Made by a program: the position numbers and the translations under genes | Shown: in pieces, positions 22,930 through 34,976 of the stretch | How positions within the stretch are numbered: the first letter of the stretch is position 1 | Layout: the number at the start of each line of letters is the position of its first letter | Notes under the pieces: model-generated | Database searches by the model: none | What the model saw: only the letters and a program-made list of their open reading frames with translations | What the model was told of the DNA's origin: nothing | DNA from: an uncultured Gemmatimonadales bacterium | Lineage (GTDB): Bacteria; Gemmatimonadota; Gemmatimonadetes; Longimicrobiales; Gaopeijiaceae | Direction of reading: 5' to 3' | DNA: 64,000 nt | NCBI GenBank assembly: GCA_963823035.1 | Contig: CAWGKG010000011.1 | Location: 64,001 to 128,000 of the forward strand

Positions 22930-25230
22930 TCAGGCTCCCGATATGGCCGGAGCATCCATGATGCGCGGGATGGCTCCGAAGAAGGCGTCGGCGACGCGCG
23001 TGGCGTCGACCTCCACCATGGCGTTCTTCAACTGGATACGGAGCGGCGCGTCGGGCTCTCCGACCGTGCCGATGCGGCGCGCGGGCACGCCGTGGCGCTC
23101 CGCGATCCGCAGCACGGCCCCGGCGTGCTCGGGCGCGCACGAAACCAGCACGCGTCCGTTGGCCTCGCCGAAGAGGACCGCGACCGGCGGGAGGTCGTCG
23201 TCGAGCGCGACGTCCACGCCGCGTGGCGCCTCGCCGGAGCCCAGCGCGGACTCGGCCAGCGCGCAGGCCAGGCCGCCCTCGGCGCAGTCGTGCGCGGACC
23301 GGATCGTGCGCTCGCGGATCATGGCGAGCACGGCCTGCTGCAGGCTGCGCTCGGCCAGGAGGTCCACGGCCGGGGCCGCGCCCGCCACCATGTCCGCCGT
23401 GACGTAGAGGTACTCCGAGCCACCCAGCTCGGCCGTGTTGCGGCCCAGGAGGATCACCGAATCACCCGCGGCCTGGAACGCCTGCGGCGTGATGTGGTCG
23501 ACATCCTCGATCACGCCCACCATGCCGATGACCGGCGTCGGGAGGATCGCCCGCCCGTCCGTCTCGTTGTAGAAGGAGACGTTGCCGCCGGTGACCGGGG
23601 TCTCGAAGATCCGGCACGCCTCCGCCATCCCCAGCACCGCCTCGCGGAACTGATGGTAGATGTGCGGCTTGAGGGGGTTGCCGAAGTTCAGGTTGTTCGT
23701 GATCGCGGTGGGGTGCGCGCCGACGCACACGAGGTTCCGCGCCGCCTCGGCGACCGCGGCGCGGGCTCCGGTGCCGGGGTCGAGGTAGACGAAGCGGCCG
23801 TTGCAGTCCGTGGTGGCGGCCACGGCCCGGCGGGTGCCGCGGATGCGCACCACGCCGGCGTCTCCGCCCGGACGCACCGCGGTCGAGGTGCGCACCGTGG
23901 TGTCGTACTGGCCGTAGACCCAGCGCTTCGACGCGACGTTCGGCGAACCGACCATGCGCAGGAAGAGCTCGGTCAGGTCGCCCGTCGGTGCGGCGTGCTC
24001 GCTCAGGTCGAGGGCGCGCAGCGCCGCGACCTCCGGGTCCTCGACGCCCTCGCGCTCGTAGGTGGGGCATCCCTCCGTGAGGGGGAGGGCGGGGATGTCG
24101 GCGACCGTGCGCCCGTTCTCGAGGACGCGGAAGCGGCCGTCGTCCGTGACCCGGCCGATCACGGCGGCTTCGAGCTCCCACTTCTCGAGGATGCGCCGTA
24201 CCTCGTCCTCCTGGCCGGGCCTCGCGACCACGAGCATCCGTTCCTGCGACTCGGAGAGGAGGATCTCGTAGGGCGTCATCCCGGGCTCGCGTACGGGCAC
24301 GAGCGCCGTGTCGATCTCGACGCCACTGCCCCCGCGGCCGGCCATCTCCGAGGCCGACGACGTGATTCCGGCCGCACCCATGTCCTGGATGCCCGTGATG
24401 GCGCCGCTCGCGATCAGCTCGAGGCTGGCCTCCAGAAGGAGCTTCTCCGTGAAGGGGTCCCCGACCTGCACCTGTGGGCGGCTGCTCTCGTCGGAGTCCT
24501 CGCTCAGCTCCTCGGAGGCGAACGTGGCGCCGTGGATGCCGTCGCGGCCCGTGCGCGCGCCGACGGCCATGAGTGGGCTGCCGGTGCCGGACGCGGAAGC
24601 GGTGATGAGCTCCTCCCGCTTGAGGAGGCCCAGGCACATCGCGTTCACGACCGGATTGCCCTCGTAGCCCCGGTCGAAGAAGGTCTCACCACCGATGTTG
24701 GGGATCCCGACGCAGTTGCCGTAATCGCCGACGCCCGCGACCACGCCCGAGAAGAGGTAGCGGACGCGCCCCGAGTCCAGGTCACCGAAGTGGAGCGAGT
24801 CGAGGACCGCGATGGGACGGGCGCCCATCGTGAAGATGTCGCGCAGGATGCCGCCCACGCCCGTCGCGGCGCCCTGATAGGGCTCCACGGCGGAGGGGTG
24901 GTTGTGCGATTCGATCTTGAACGCCAGCGCGTAGCCGTCGCCGATGTCGATCACTCCGGCGTTCTCGCCGGGACCCTGGATGACCCAGGGCGCCTCGGTC
25001 GGCAGCAGGCGCAGCATGCGCTTGGAGTTCTTGTAGCCGCAGTGCTCCGACCACATGGCGCTGAACACGCCGAGCTCCGTGAAGGTCGCCTCGCGCCCCA
25101 GGATACGCACGACGCGCTGGTATTCCTCCTCCGAGAGGCCGTGGCCGGCGACCACCTCGGGGGTGACGTGGGGATCGCCGGGGCGGGGTGGAACGCGCGT
25201 CGCGTGGGTGGTGCCCTGTGCCGTGCTCAC
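22930..25230 (-). CDS. purL: FGAM synthase subunit PurL (small type)
   Basis: [38 protein letters not shown]. Confidence 0.97.
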   Translation of the reverse strand: MSTAQGTTHATRVPPRPGDPHVTPEVVAGHGLSEEEYQRVVRILGREATFTELGVFSAMWSEHCGYKNSKRMLRLLPTEAPWVIQGPGENAGVIDIGDGYALAFKIESHNHPSAVEPYQGAATGVGGILRDIFTMGARPIAVLDSLHFGDLDSGRVRYLFSGVVAGVGDYGNCVGIPNIGGETFFDRGYEGNPVVNAMCLGLLKREELITASASGTGSPLMAVGARTGRDGIHGATFASEELSEDSDESSRPQVQVGDPFTEKLLLEASLELIASGAITGIQDMGAAGITSSASEMAGRGGSGVEIDTALVPVREPGMTPYEILLSESQERMLVVARPGQEDEVRRILEKWELEAAVIGRVTDDGRFRVLENGRTVADIPALPLTEGCPTYEREGVEDPEVAALRALDLSEHAAPTGDLTELFLRMVGSPNVASKRWVYGQYDTTVRTSTAVRPGGDAGVVRIRGTRRAVAATTDCNGRFVYLDPGTGARAAVAEAARNLVCVGAHPTAITNNLNFGNPLKPHIYHQFREAVLGMAEACRIFETPVTGGNVSFYNETDGRAILPTPVIGMVGVIEDVDHITPQAFQAAGDSVILLGRNTAELGGSEYLYVTADMVAGAAPAVDLLAERSLQQAVLAMIRERTIRSAHDCAEGGLACALAESALGSGEAPRGVDVALDDDLPPVAVLFGEANGRVLVSCAPEHAGAVLRIAERHGVPARRIGTVGEPDAPLRIQLKNAMVEVDATRVADAFFGAIPRIMDAPAISGA

Positions 25231-25272
25231 GATGGGGTCAGCTCTTCCGGGTAGCGGTGGATCGGTGCGAGG

Positions 25273-25971
25273 TCAGGTACCGGCCGGCGCGAGGCTGCGG
25301 GCGAGCGAGGTGAACACGCCCACCCCGTCCGACGAGCCGAGGAGCGGCTCCATGGCACGCTCGGGGTGGGGCATCATGCCCAGCACGTTGCCGCGCTCGT
25401 TCAGGATGCCGGCGATGTTGTGCAGCGAACCATTCGGGTTGGCCTCGGACGTGGCGGCTCCGGAGGCGTCCACGTAGCGGAACACGACGCGTCCCTCTCC
25501 CTCGAGCCGCTCGAGCGTGGCGTCGTCGGCCTCGTAGTTCCCCTCGCCGTGCGCGATCGGGATGCGGAGGATGTCGCCCTCCGCGTACTCGGAGGTGAAC
25601 ATCGTGCCCTCGCGCTCGACCCGGAGCAGGACGTCGCGGCTCTCGAAGTGGAGGGAAGCGTTGCGCACGAGGGCGCCGGGGAGGAGCCCGGCCTCGCACA
25701 GGATCTGGAAGCCGTTGCAGACGCCGAACACGGGGCCGCCGCGGTCGGCGAAGGCCACCACGTCCTCCATGATGGGGCTCATGCGCGCGATGGCGCCGGC
25801 GCGCAGGTAGTCCCCGTACGAGAAGCCGCCCGGGAGCATCACGGCGTCGTAGCCCTCGAGGCCGCGCTCACGGTGCCAGACGAAGGTCGGCTCCCCGTGG
25901 ACCTGTTGGATGGCTTTGTACAGGTCGTAGTCGCAGTTCGAGCCCGGGAACGTCACCACAGCGACCTTCAT
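25273..25971 (-). CDS. purQ: FGAM synthase glutaminase subunit PurQ
   Basis: [32 protein letters not shown]. Confidence 0.96.
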   Translation of the reverse strand: MKVAVVTFPGSNCDYDLYKAIQQVHGEPTFVWHRERGLEGYDAVMLPGGFSYGDYLRAGAIARMSPIMEDVVAFADRGGPVFGVCNGFQILCEAGLLPGALVRNASLHFESRDVLLRVEREGTMFTSEYAEGDILRIPIAHGEGNYEADDATLERLEGEGRVVFRYVDASGAATSEANPNGSLHNIAGILNERGNVLGMMPHPERAMEPLLGSSDGVGVFTSLARSLAPAGT

Positions 25972-26240
25972 CGGCGCGCTTCCTCCATCTCCATGCACGC
26001 GGCGACCTCGAAGTCCTCCGTGACGGGGTTCGCGAGGATCTTCCGGCACATCGCCTCGGCGACGTCCATCGCGTCGACGGCGGAGGCGGCCTCGAGCTCC
26101 ACGTAGATGGCCTTGCCCACACGCACGTCGGACACCTCGTCCCAGCCGAGGGAGTTGAGCGCGTGGTGGATGGCCTTGCCCTCGGGATTCAGGAGCCCGG
26201 GGCGGGGCTTCACGCGGATCTCCAACTGGAAGTTGCTCAA
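25968..26240 (-). CDS. purS: FGAM synthase subunit PurS
   Basis: [26 protein letters not shown] start overlaps the pssA stop. Confidence 0.92.
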   Translation of the reverse strand: MSNFQLEIRVKPRPGLLNPEGKAIHHALNSLGWDEVSDVRVGKAIYVELEAASAVDAMDVAEAMCRKILANPVTEDFEVAACMEMEEARR

Positions 26241-27124
26241 GCGTTCTCCTCCTCGTGGTCGTCGTCCCGCCCCTCGTCCGGGGCTGGGTAAAGGGGGCCC
26301 AGCGCGCCGTAATCCAGCACGCGCACCTCGGAGCCGTGGTCGTCGTCCTCGTCCTCGTCGAGCAGCGGGTCGCCTCCCGGGAGACGCTCCAGCAGGCCCA
26401 GCAGGACGGACTTCACCAACCCCCACGTGAGGTAGAGCAGAAGGAAGGTGAAGAAGAAGTATTGGGGGATCAGGATGGCCGCGAACATGCACGCGAGCAC
26501 GAACGCGGTCGACGCCAACCCGCGGGCGGTGCGCAGCCCGATGCGCGGAACCTTGGGGTAGGGGATGTGGCTCACCAGCAGCACGCCGAGCAGCACCACC
26601 GACACGCCCATGATCTGCGGCCAGGGCATCTCGGCCAGGTAGGTCTGGTAGAACGTGGTGCGGCTGAACGGATAGTAGGAGGCGAGCAACATGCCCGCCG
26701 CGGGCGAGGGCAGGCCGTGGAAGTAGCGCTTCGCCTCGCCGCCCTGCTCGATGTTGAAGCGCGCCAGGCGCACCACCACCGCGGTGATGTAGACGTACGA
26801 GAGCGTCCAGCTCCACTGCGTGTCCGAGAAGAACAGCTGGTAGAGGATGTAGCCGGGCGCGACGCCGAACGAGATCGCGTCGACGAGTGAGTCCAGCTCC
26901 GCGCCGAAGCGGGTGCCCGTGCGTGTGAAACGCGCGATGCGTCCGTCCAGCACGTCCAGGACGCCCGCGAAGATGATCGACCAGCCGGCCCAGCTCAGGT
27001 CCCCGCGCGAGGCCGCCACGATCGCGTGGATACCGAAGAAGAGGTTGCCCAGCGTGAACGCCGACGGGAGGATGATGATGCCCCGTTGGAGCGTCTCCTT
27101 CCGGGGAGGGCGGGGGGCCCTCAT
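26237..27124 (-). CDS. pssA: CDP-diacylglycerol--serine O-phosphatidyltransferase
   Basis: DxxDGxxAR...GxxLDSLVDxxSFGVAP motif, RLARFN, GLPSP. Confidence 0.93.
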   Translation of the reverse strand: MRAPRPPRKETLQRGIIILPSAFTLGNLFFGIHAIVAASRGDLSWAGWSIIFAGVLDVLDGRIARFTRTGTRFGAELDSLVDAISFGVAPGYILYQLFFSDTQWSWTLSYVYITAVVVRLARFNIEQGGEAKRYFHGLPSPAAGMLLASYYPFSRTTFYQTYLAEMPWPQIMGVSVVLLGVLLVSHIPYPKVPRIGLRTARGLASTAFVLACMFAAILIPQYFFFTFLLLYLTWGLVKSVLLGLLERLPGGDPLLDEDEDDDHGSEVRVLDYGALGPLYPAPDEGRDDDHEEENA

Positions 27125-27788
27125 GCGCGACGCCTCCACGGGTTGGCGGGCCAGGACGGTGACGCCGACGCGGACGCGGTCGCCGACCGCGCAGGTGACC
27201 TCCCAGGCGAGCGGGAGGAAGAGGTCGACCCGGGAGCCGAAACGGATGAGGCCGATGCGCTCGCCCCGCTCGACGCGTTGACCCTCGACGCGGGTCGGTG
27301 ACGATCCGGCGGGCCACGAGGCCGGCGATCTGGCGCACGAGCACCTTCCCGTACGGTGTGTCCAGCCCGAGCGACGCCTGCTCGTTGTCCTCGGAGGCCT
27401 TGTCGGCCCAGGCGACCGCGTACGTCCCCGGCTTGTACGTGCGGTGCGCGACCGTCCCGTCGAGCGGCGAGCGCTGGACGTGCACGTCGAAGATGCTCAG
27501 GAAGATCGAGATCTTGCGCGCGCGCCCACCCAGGAAGGTGGGCTCGTCGGCCTCGTCCACCAGGATGACCCGTCCTTCACCGGGCGCCAGCACCAGGCCG
27601 GGCGCTCCGGGCACCGCGCGCCGCGGGTCGCGGAAGAACCACACCGTGAAGAGCGCGAGCACGGTGAACAGCCCCGCCAGGGCCTGCACCCAGGCGCCGC
27701 CCATGCCGGTGGCCACCGCCAGCCAGCCGGCGGCCGCCAGGACCACGCCGGCGCCGATGAACGGGATGCCCTCGCGCGCGAATCTCAT
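27121..27788 (-). CDS. psd: Phosphatidylserine decarboxylase proenzyme (+1 frameshift near 27290, probably a second near 27128)
   Basis: FFRDP, IFLSIFDVHV, QIAGLVARRI, then GLIRFGSRVD (FGS cleavage site) in the next frame. Confidence 0.9.
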
Positions 27789-28729
27789 CGATCTCCCGGG
27801 AAACGGGGAAGCTCGAAGTCGTCGAGCGTCCGGCCGGTGAGCCGCTGGAAGACGTGCTGGTAGCGCTCGGAGGCCGCGTCGACCACCTCGTCGGGGAGGC
27901 GCGGCGGGGGCGGGGTCTTGTCCCAGTCGTCGAGCGCATCCAGCCAGTCGCGGATGGGCTGCTTGTCGAGCGAAGGCTGCCCTCGTCCCGGCGCGTACTG
28001 CTCCTTCGGCCAGAAGCGCGACGAGTCGGGCGTCATCACCTCGTCGATGAGGAGGAGGCGACCCGAGGGTTCGTGCCCGAACTCGAACTTCGTGTCCGCG
28101 AGGATGATGTCGTGCTCGGCGGCGACGTCGCGCCCGAAGGCGTACACCTGCAGAGCGCGTGCCCTCAGGGTGGCGGCGAGCTCGGCACCCAGGATCTCTC
28201 CCATGCGCCCGAAGGTGATGTTCTCGTCGTGGCCTTCCTGCGCCTTCGTGGCCGGCGAGAAGATCGGCGGATCCAGTCGGTCGGACTCGCGCAGCCCGTC
28301 GGGTAGCGCCTCGCCGGCGAGGGTGCCCTCTGCCCGATACTCCCTCCACGCGGACCCGGAGATGTAGCCGCGCACCACGCATTCCACGAGCACCGGGCGC
28401 GTGCGCCGCACCAACATGGCGCGCCGCGCCCATGCCCCGCGGGTCGCCTCCAGCGCGGGGTGGCGCGCGACGATCTCGTCCGGGTCGACGGCCAGGAGGT
28501 GGTGGTCGATCCGGCCCGTGAGGCGGGACAACCACCAGGACGTGATCAGCGTGAGGACCTCGCCCTTGCGCGGGACGGGTCGACCCATGACCACGTCGAA
28601 GGCGCTCACGCGGTCCGACGCCACCATGAGCAGCGTCTCTTCGTCGACCGCGTAGACGTCCCGCACCTTGCCGCGGTGCAGGAGGTCGAGCCCCTCGATC
28701 TCCGACTGGAGCACGGGTGCCTCAGACAC
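27785..28729 (-). CDS. purC: SAICAR synthase
   Basis: RGKVRDVY, SDRVSAFD, ECVVRGY, ADTKFEFG, DEVMTPDSSRFW. Confidence 0.96.
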   Translation of the reverse strand: MSEAPVLQSEIEGLDLLHRGKVRDVYAVDEETLLMVASDRVSAFDVVMGRPVPRKGEVLTLITSWWLSRLTGRIDHHLLAVDPDEIVARHPALEATRGAWARRAMLVRRTRPVLVECVVRGYISGSAWREYRAEGTLAGEALPDGLRESDRLDPPIFSPATKAQEGHDENITFGRMGEILGAELAATLRARALQVYAFGRDVAAEHDIILADTKFEFGHEPSGRLLLIDEVMTPDSSRFWPKEQYAPGRGQPSLDKQPIRDWLDALDDWDKTPPPPRLPDEVVDAASERYQHVFQRLTGRTLDDFELPRFPGDR

Positions 28730-30167
28730 GGACTTCGGGCTCCCCGACCCGCTCGGCCCGGGCACCGTAGCGCGCGAGCACGGGCGCCACCCAGCCGTCG
28801 AGGAGATGGGCCACCTGCTCGGGCGCCCTTCCCACGTAGCGGTGGGGATCCATGAGCGCATCGAGGTCCGACGTGCTCAGGCCGAAGGCATCGTCCGCGG
28901 CGATGCGCTCGAGGAGGTCGGCCTTCGCGCCCTCCTCCTTCATGCGCCGGGCGGCTTCCAGGGAGTGCTTGCGGATGCGCTCGTGCAGCTCCTGCCGGTC
29001 GCCCCCGCGCGCGGTCGCGCCCATGAGGATGTTCTCGGTGGCCATGAAGGGGAGGTGCTCCTCGAGGTTGCGGCGAACCACCTGCGCGTTGACGTGCAGC
29101 CCGGAGGCGACGTTCTCGACCAGCACCAGCGTGCCGTCGAGCGAGAGGAAGGCGTCCGGGATCGAGAGGCGGCGGTTGGCCGAGTCGTCCAGCGTGCGCT
29201 CGAGCCACTGCGTGGCCGCCGTGATGGCCGGGTCCTGTGCCAACGTGATGACGTGGCGGGCCAGAGCGCAGATCCGCTCGGCACGCATCGGATTGCGCTT
29301 GTACGGCATCGCGGACGAGCCGATCTGCTCGCTCTCGAAGGGCTCCTCCACTTCGCGCAGGTGCGCCAGGAGGCGCAGGTCGTGGCCCAGCTTGGAGGCG
29401 GAGACGGCCACGCCGGCGAGCGTCGACTGGACCTGGTGGTCGACCTTGCGCGTGTAGGTCTGGCCGCTCACCGGATAGCTCTCGTCGAAGCCCATGCGAC
29501 GGGCCACCGCCGCGTCGAGCGCCTCGACCTTCGCGTGGTCCCCGCCGAACAGCTCCAGGAAGGAGGCCTGCGTCCCCGTGGTACCCTTCACGCCGCGGAA
29601 GCGCAGCGTGGCCAGGCGGAACTCGATCTCCTCGAGGTCGAGGAGGAAGTCCTGGATCCAGAGCGTCGCACGCTTGCCCACCGTGGTCGGCTGCGCCGGC
29701 TGGAAGTGCGTGTAGCCGAGCGTGGGGAGGGCGGCGTGCTCTCGGGCGAAGTCCGCCAGCGCCGCGACGCAGCGCACGATCCGGTCGCGGATCAGCTCGA
29801 GCGCCGCCCGGTGCAGGATGAGGTCCGTGTTGTCGCCGATGAACGCGCTCGTCGCCCCCAGGTGGATGATCGGCCGCGCGCTGGGCGCGTCGTCACCGAA
29901 GAGGTGGACGTGCGCCATCACGTCGTGGCGGAAGCGCCGCTCGTACTCGGCCGCGCGCGCCAGGTCCACCGTATCGAGCGCGGCGCGCATCTCCTCGAGC
30001 GCACCCTCGGGGATCGTCAGCCCCAGCTCGCGCTCCGACTCGGCGAGCGCCAGCCACAGACGCCTCCACGTCCCAAAGCGGCGACCCGGCGAGAAGATCG
30101 ACTGCATCTCCCGCGAGGCGTACCGGTCCGAGAGCGGGTGGAGGTACCGATCCTGGCCTTCCGTCAC
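28722..30167 (-). CDS. purB: Adenylosuccinate lyase
   Basis: RHDVMAH, HLGATS, THFQPAQ, GSSAMPYKRNP. Confidence 0.96.
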   Translation of the reverse strand: MTEGQDRYLHPLSDRYASREMQSIFSPGRRFGTWRRLWLALAESERELGLTIPEGALEEMRAALDTVDLARAAEYERRFRHDVMAHVHLFGDDAPSARPIIHLGATSAFIGDNTDLILHRAALELIRDRIVRCVAALADFAREHAALPTLGYTHFQPAQPTTVGKRATLWIQDFLLDLEEIEFRLATLRFRGVKGTTGTQASFLELFGGDHAKVEALDAAVARRMGFDESYPVSGQTYTRKVDHQVQSTLAGVAVSASKLGHDLRLLAHLREVEEPFESEQIGSSAMPYKRNPMRAERICALARHVITLAQDPAITAATQWLERTLDDSANRRLSIPDAFLSLDGTLVLVENVASGLHVNAQVVRRNLEEHLPFMATENILMGATARGGDRQELHERIRKHSLEAARRMKEEGAKADLLERIAADDAFGLSTSDLDALMDPHRYVGRAPEQVAHLLDGWVAPVLARYGARAERVGEPEVRV

Positions 30168-30191
30168 GGCGTTCCTTTCTTCAGGGGATCC

Positions 30192-31672
30192 TCACCGACG
30201 CCAATAGAGGTCGCGTGCCACGTATCCGCCGTTGCGTTCGACGTAGATGCGCACGGAGCTGGGGCCCTTCAGCCCCTCGAAGATGCGCTTCGCGTCGTCG
30301 GCGCCGACCACGCGTGTCCGGTTCACCTGCACGAGCACGTCACCCCGCTGGATCCCGAGCTGCGCGGAAAGCCGGTCCGAGATCGATGCGATGAGCGCGC
30401 CCTGCTCGCTCATGATGCCGCGCTCGGCGCGGACCTGCGGCGTCACCGTGATGAGCTGCATGTCCTGCAGCACGGTCACCCGCTCGGCGGTCACCGACGG
30501 GAGCGCCGCGGCCGTCATGCGGACGGGGCGGGACCGCCCGTCGATCGAGAGCGAGAGGGTGTCCCCGGCCCGCATGTCCAGCATGACCGCCTCGAAGTCG
30601 AGCGGCGTGGTGAGCGGGCGTCCGTTCGCGCGCAGCAGCCGATCCCCGTTCGCGATGGCCGCGTCGTCCGCCGGAGAGCCCGTGGCGACGTTGGAGACGC
30701 GCACGCCGCGCGTGCGACCCCATTCGTCGGCTTCCATCGGCTCGACATCGACACCGACCCAGGCCCGCCGGACCTCGCCGTGGTCCACGAGGTCGTCGGC
30801 GACGCGCAGCGCGCGGTCGATCGGGATGGCGAAGCCCATCCCCTCGCTGCCGCCGCTACGCGTGAAGATCGAGGCGTTGATGCCGATCACCTGCCCGAGA
30901 GCGTTCACCAGCGGACCGCCGGAGTTCCCCGGATTGATCGAGGCGTCGGTCTGGATCATCCCCAGGTAGAAGCCCTCCTCGTCCGAGGAGGGGACGATGT
31001 TGCGGTCCACGGCGGACACGACGCCGGCCGTGACGGTGGGCTCCGCGTCGGAGAAGTAGTTGGCGAAGGGATTGCCGATCGCCAGGGCCCACTCGCCGAT
31101 CATGAGCCCCTGGGTGGTGCCGAGCGGGGCCACCGGGAGGTCCTTCCCCTGGATACGCAACACGGCCACGTCCGCGACCGGGTCGCTCCCCACCAGCTCG
31201 GCATCGAAGTCGCGACCGTCCGGGAGCGTGACCTTGATCTTCTCGGCGTTCCGGACCACGTGGTCGTTCGTGAGGATGATGCCGTCGGGGCGCACGATCA
31301 CGCCGGAGCCGAAGCCGGCGCTACGCCGTTGGCTCCCGGGCGGGAGGAACATGCTCTCCCACATGCTGGTGGGACGGACGGTCTCGCGGGCGATCACGCT
31401 CACGTTCACCACCGCGGGCGCCACCCGGTTCGCGGCCTGTACGATCGCGGTGGTCCTGGAGGCGTCCACCGACACCGTGGCGTGCTGTCGCGCCTCGGGG
31501 GGGGTCTGTCGGGGGGTCTGCGGGCGGAGCCTCCTGGGCGCGAGCGGCTCATCGAGCCGGCCTCCGTCTCGGCGGCCTGCGCCGTCCCCGTCATCGCGTG
31601 CCCGTCCGCACCGCACCCTCCCAGGAACAGAGGGAGCGCCAGTGCCGCCACCCGCCGACGCCACATCTTCAT
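30192..31672 (-). CDS. HtrA/DegP serine protease with two PDZ domains and a lipoprotein signal (net +2 shift in the N-terminal linker)
   Basis: GSGVI, TNDHVV, QTDASINPGNSGGPL, two PDZ-like regions. The LFLGG-C signal lies in ORF 31406..31672. Confidence 0.9.
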
Positions 31673-31694
31673 CTTCCTTCGTCCTTCCCGGATC

Positions 31695-32351
31695 TCAAAT
31701 TTCCGCGCCGAGCTTGTTCCAGTCCGCGAGGAACGCCTCGAGCCCTCTGTCGGTCAGGGGGTGCTTGGCGAGCTGCCAGAGCACCTTCGGGGGCATCGTC
31801 GCGCAATCCGCGCCGATCAGCATCGACTCGACGACGTGCGTCGGATGGCGCAGCGACGCGGCCAGGATCTCGGTGTCGAACCCGTAGTTGTCGTACACCT
31901 GGCGGATCTGGTGGATCAGCTGCATCCCCTCGCCGGAGATGTCGTCGATGCGTCCGACGAATGGCGACACGAAGGTAGCCCCCGCCTTCGCGGCGAGCAG
32001 CGCCTGCGACACCGAGAAGCAGAGGGTGACGTTCGTGCGGATCCCCTCCGCGCCCAGCGCGCGGCACGCCTTCAGCCCGTCCTCGGTGAGCGGCACCTTG
32101 ACCACGATGTTGTCGTGGATCGCGGCGAGCTTCCTCCCCTCGGAGAGCATCGTGTCCCTGTCCTTCGCCACCACCTCCGCGCTGACCGGGCCGTCCACCG
32201 TCTCGCAGATCTCGCGGTAGATCTCCTTCGGATCGGTGTCGCCGGCGACCTGGGCGATCAGGGACGGATTCGTCGTGATTCCGTCGATGAGGTTGGCGTC
32301 CGCGGCGCGCCGGATCTCCGAGAGATCCGCCGTATCGAGAAAGATCTTCAT
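31695..32351 (-). CDS. Transaldolase/fructose-6-phosphate aldolase family
   Basis: [34 protein letters not shown]. Confidence 0.94.
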   Translation of the reverse strand: MKIFLDTADLSEIRRAADANLIDGITTNPSLIAQVAGDTDPKEIYREICETVDGPVSAEVVAKDRDTMLSEGRKLAAIHDNIVVKVPLTEDGLKACRALGAEGIRTNVTLCFSVSQALLAAKAGATFVSPFVGRIDDISGEGMQLIHQIRQVYDNYGFDTEILAASLRHPTHVVESMLIGADCATMPPKVLWQLAKHPLTDRGLEAFLADWNKLGAEI

Positions 32352-33160
32352 GCGGGGGTCGAACTCCGTGATTCGGGCGTCGGGGTGTCCACGTCGTGCA
32401 CGTGGTCTGGATACTCCACTCTCGCCAGGAAGAGCCCCTCGGGCGGGGCCGGCGGCGAGGTCTCGAGATCGGTGTCGGGCGCGAGGAGGGCGGGGAGGTC
32501 TTCCTGGGCCCGGCGGCCGCGGGCGATCTCCACCATCGTCCCCACCAGGTAGCGCACCATGTGGTGCAGGTAGCGGTCCGCCGTGATCGTGAAGCGGGCC
32601 CCGAGCGACCACCGGTCCCACCGGGCGCTCGCGACCGTGCACCGGTCTCCGCGCTCGGGCTGGCCGGCCTTCGCGAAGGCGCGAAACGAGTGGTCTCCGG
32701 GGAGCTTCGCGGCACAGTCGGCGAGGGCGGCCGCGTCGACCTCCTCGCCGATCGCCCAGCACCACGGTCGGTGGAAGGGCGAGCGCGACTCCGGATCCGT
32801 GCCGACGCGGTAGACGTACGTCCGGGCCAGCGCGTCGTAGCGGGGATGGAAGTCCGGCCGGACTGCGCGGACCCGCTGCACCCAGACGTCGGGCGGGAGC
32901 ACGGCGTTGAGCGCGCGGTGGAGTTCGTGCGGCTGCCAGCGGGTCGGCATGTCCACCGAGGCGATCTGGCCGATCGCGTGGACACCCGTGTCCGTGCGGC
33001 CCGACCCGACGACGGTGCGGGGTCGCGCGGCCAGGCGGGAGAGGGCGGCCTCGAGCTCCCCCTGGACCGTGCGCTGGTCCGGCTGGAACTGCCACCCGTG
33101 GAAGTGGGTCCCGTCGTAGTGGACGGTGAGCTGCAGACGGATCGAGTCCCGGGTCTCCAC
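32348..33160 (-). CDS. truA: tRNA pseudouridine(38-40) synthase
   Basis: [37 protein letters not shown]. Confidence 0.95.
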   Translation of the reverse strand: METRDSIRLQLTVHYDGTHFHGWQFQPDQRTVQGELEAALSRLAARPRTVVGSGRTDTGVHAIGQIASVDMPTRWQPHELHRALNAVLPPDVWVQRVRAVRPDFHPRYDALARTYVYRVGTDPESRSPFHRPWCWAIGEEVDAAALADCAAKLPGDHSFRAFAKAGQPERGDRCTVASARWDRWSLGARFTITADRYLHHMVRYLVGTMVEIARGRRAQEDLPALLAPDTDLETSPPAPPEGLFLARVEYPDHVHDVDTPTPESRSSTPA

Positions 33161-33267
33161 GGCGGAAAGGTAGGCCGAAGGGGGTCGATGTCAAGCGAAC
33201 CGACGGGCTGGCGCATTGACCGGAAAACCGCATGGGGATTAGCATTTCTGGCTTCCCCCGCCCTTTG

Positions 33268-34326
33268 ATGGAGACGCTCGTGACGCGCGCGAAGACGCAG
33301 GCCGACCCGGTCGACCTCACCCGCCTCATCGGAAAGGTGGCGGACGGAGAGGACCTCACGGCCGGTGAGTCCGAGGGGGCCTTCGACCTCTTCATGACCG
33401 GCACGGCCACGGAGATCCAGATGGCCGGGCTCCTGGTGGGCCTGCGCGCCAAGGGCGTCGCGCCCGCCGAGGTCGCCGGCGCCGTACGGGCGCTGCGCAA
33501 GGCGATGGTCCCCGTGCCGGCCACCGATCCTTCTTCCCTCGTCGACACGGCGGGCACGGGGGGTGGGCGCATCACGACCTTCAACATCTCGACCGCGGCC
33601 GCGCTGGTGGCGGCGGGGGCGGGGGTGCGGATGGCGAAGCACGGGAACCGCTCGTTCACATCGCGCAGCGGGAGCGCCGACGTGCTCGAGGCGCTGGGGG
33701 TGAAGATCGACCTGACCCCCGAGCGGATGGGAGAGATCCTGGAGGAGGTCGGGATCGTCTTCATGTTCGCGCCGCTCCTGCACCCGGCCATGCGCCACGT
33801 GGGGCCCGTGCGCCGCGGGCTCGGCATCACGACGGTGATGAACATCCTGGGGCCGCTCACCAACCCGGCCGGAGCGCGCCGCCAGGTCGTGGGCGTCGCC
33901 GACCCGAGGCTGCTCGGTCTCGTGGTGCGCGCCCTCGCCGAGCTCGGGCACCATCGTGCGCTGGTCGTGCACGGCGCGCCGGGGATGGACGAGATCAGCC
34001 CGGCCGGCCATACCCGCGTCGCCGAGCTCTCCGACGCGGGCATCCGCGAGTACGAGATCAAGCCGGGGGATCTCGGGGCGGACCACTCCTACCTGGAAGG
34101 GCTGCGCGGAGGAGACCCGGAGTACAACGCCAAGGTCATCCTTCAGGCGCTGGACGGCGAGCTGGGCGCTCCGCGCAACGCCACGATCCTCAACGCGGCG
34201 GGCGCCATCTACGTGTCGGGGAAGGCGGAGACGCTCCCGGCCTCGGCGGACATGGCCGTCGAGGCGATCCACTCGGGCGCGGCGCGCGACGTCCTCGAGC
34301 GGTTGAGGGAGGCGAGTAACCGCTAG
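33268..34326 (+). CDS. trpD: Anthranilate phosphoribosyltransferase
   Basis: [39 protein letters not shown]. Confidence 0.96.
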   Translation: METLVTRAKTQADPVDLTRLIGKVADGEDLTAGESEGAFDLFMTGTATEIQMAGLLVGLRAKGVAPAEVAGAVRALRKAMVPVPATDPSSLVDTAGTGGGRITTFNISTAAALVAAGAGVRMAKHGNRSFTSRSGSADVLEALGVKIDLTPERMGEILEEVGIVFMFAPLLHPAMRHVGPVRRGLGITTVMNILGPLTNPAGARRQVVGVADPRLLGLVVRALAELGHHRALVVHGAPGMDEISPAGHTRVAELSDAGIREYEIKPGDLGADHSYLEGLRGGDPEYNAKVILQALDGELGAPRNATILNAAGAIYVSGKAETLPASADMAVEAIHSGAARDVLERLREASNR

Positions 34327-34344
34327 AAGGCTGGGCCAGGTTTG

Positions 34345-34953
34345 CTAGTACTTGCGGATCACGCCCACCACGATGCCCTGGATGCGGACGTCGCGGGCGT
34401 CCACGAGGATCGGCTCCATCGTCGGGTTGGCCGGCTGCAGCCGGATCTGGCCACCCCGCTCGCGGTAGAGCTTCTTCACCGTGGCGGAATCGCCACCGAC
34501 CAGGGCCACGACCATCTCGCCGTCCTCGGCCGTCTCCTGCGCCTGGACCACGATGTAGTCGCCGTCGCGGATCTGCTCCTCGATCATCGAGTTCCCCTCG
34601 ACGCGGAGCACGTAGTTGTCCTTCTGGCGTCGCACCATGTCGGGCGGCACCACCACGGTCTCCGTGTCCGGGATGGCCTCGATCGGAAGCCCCGCCGCGA
34701 CGGCCCCCATCAGGGGCAGCTCGAGGGCGGGCATGCCCGCCTCCGGACGTACCATCTCGATGGAGCGGCTCTCGTTGTAGGACTTTCTTATGTAGCCCTT
34801 GCGCTCCAGATTGCTCAGGTGCTCGTGCACGGTCGCCAGCGAGGAGTATCCGAACGACTCGGCGATCTCCTCGAAGCTCGGTGCGTATCCCCGCTCCGCG
34901 ATGAACCCGTCGATGTAGTCCAGAATCTCCTTCTGGCGCTTCGTCAGGGGCAT
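34345..34953 (-). CDS. lexA: SOS repressor LexA
   Basis: N-terminal wHTH (PSFEEI...SLATVHEHL...KGYI), VAAG cleavage site, GNSM serine, TVKK lysine. Confidence 0.96.
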   Translation of the reverse strand: MPLTKRQKEILDYIDGFIAERGYAPSFEEIAESFGYSSLATVHEHLSNLERKGYIRKSYNESRSIEMVRPEAGMPALELPLMGAVAAGLPIEAIPDTETVVVPPDMVRRQKDNYVLRVEGNSMIEEQIRDGDYIVVQAQETAEDGEMVVALVGGDSATVKKLYRERGGQIRLQPANPTMEPILVDARDVRIQGIVVGVIRKY

Positions 34954-34976
34954 CGGACGGCCCTCCGGTGGCAGTT

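Noticed and set aside
25968..28535. 855-aa apparent Psd-PurS fusion ORF
   Set aside because: Chance in-frame joining of psd and purS through out-of-frame sequence, produced by the frameshifts.
28668..32552. 1294-aa plus-strand ORF
   Set aside because: Antisense to purB, htrA and tal, with no domain features.
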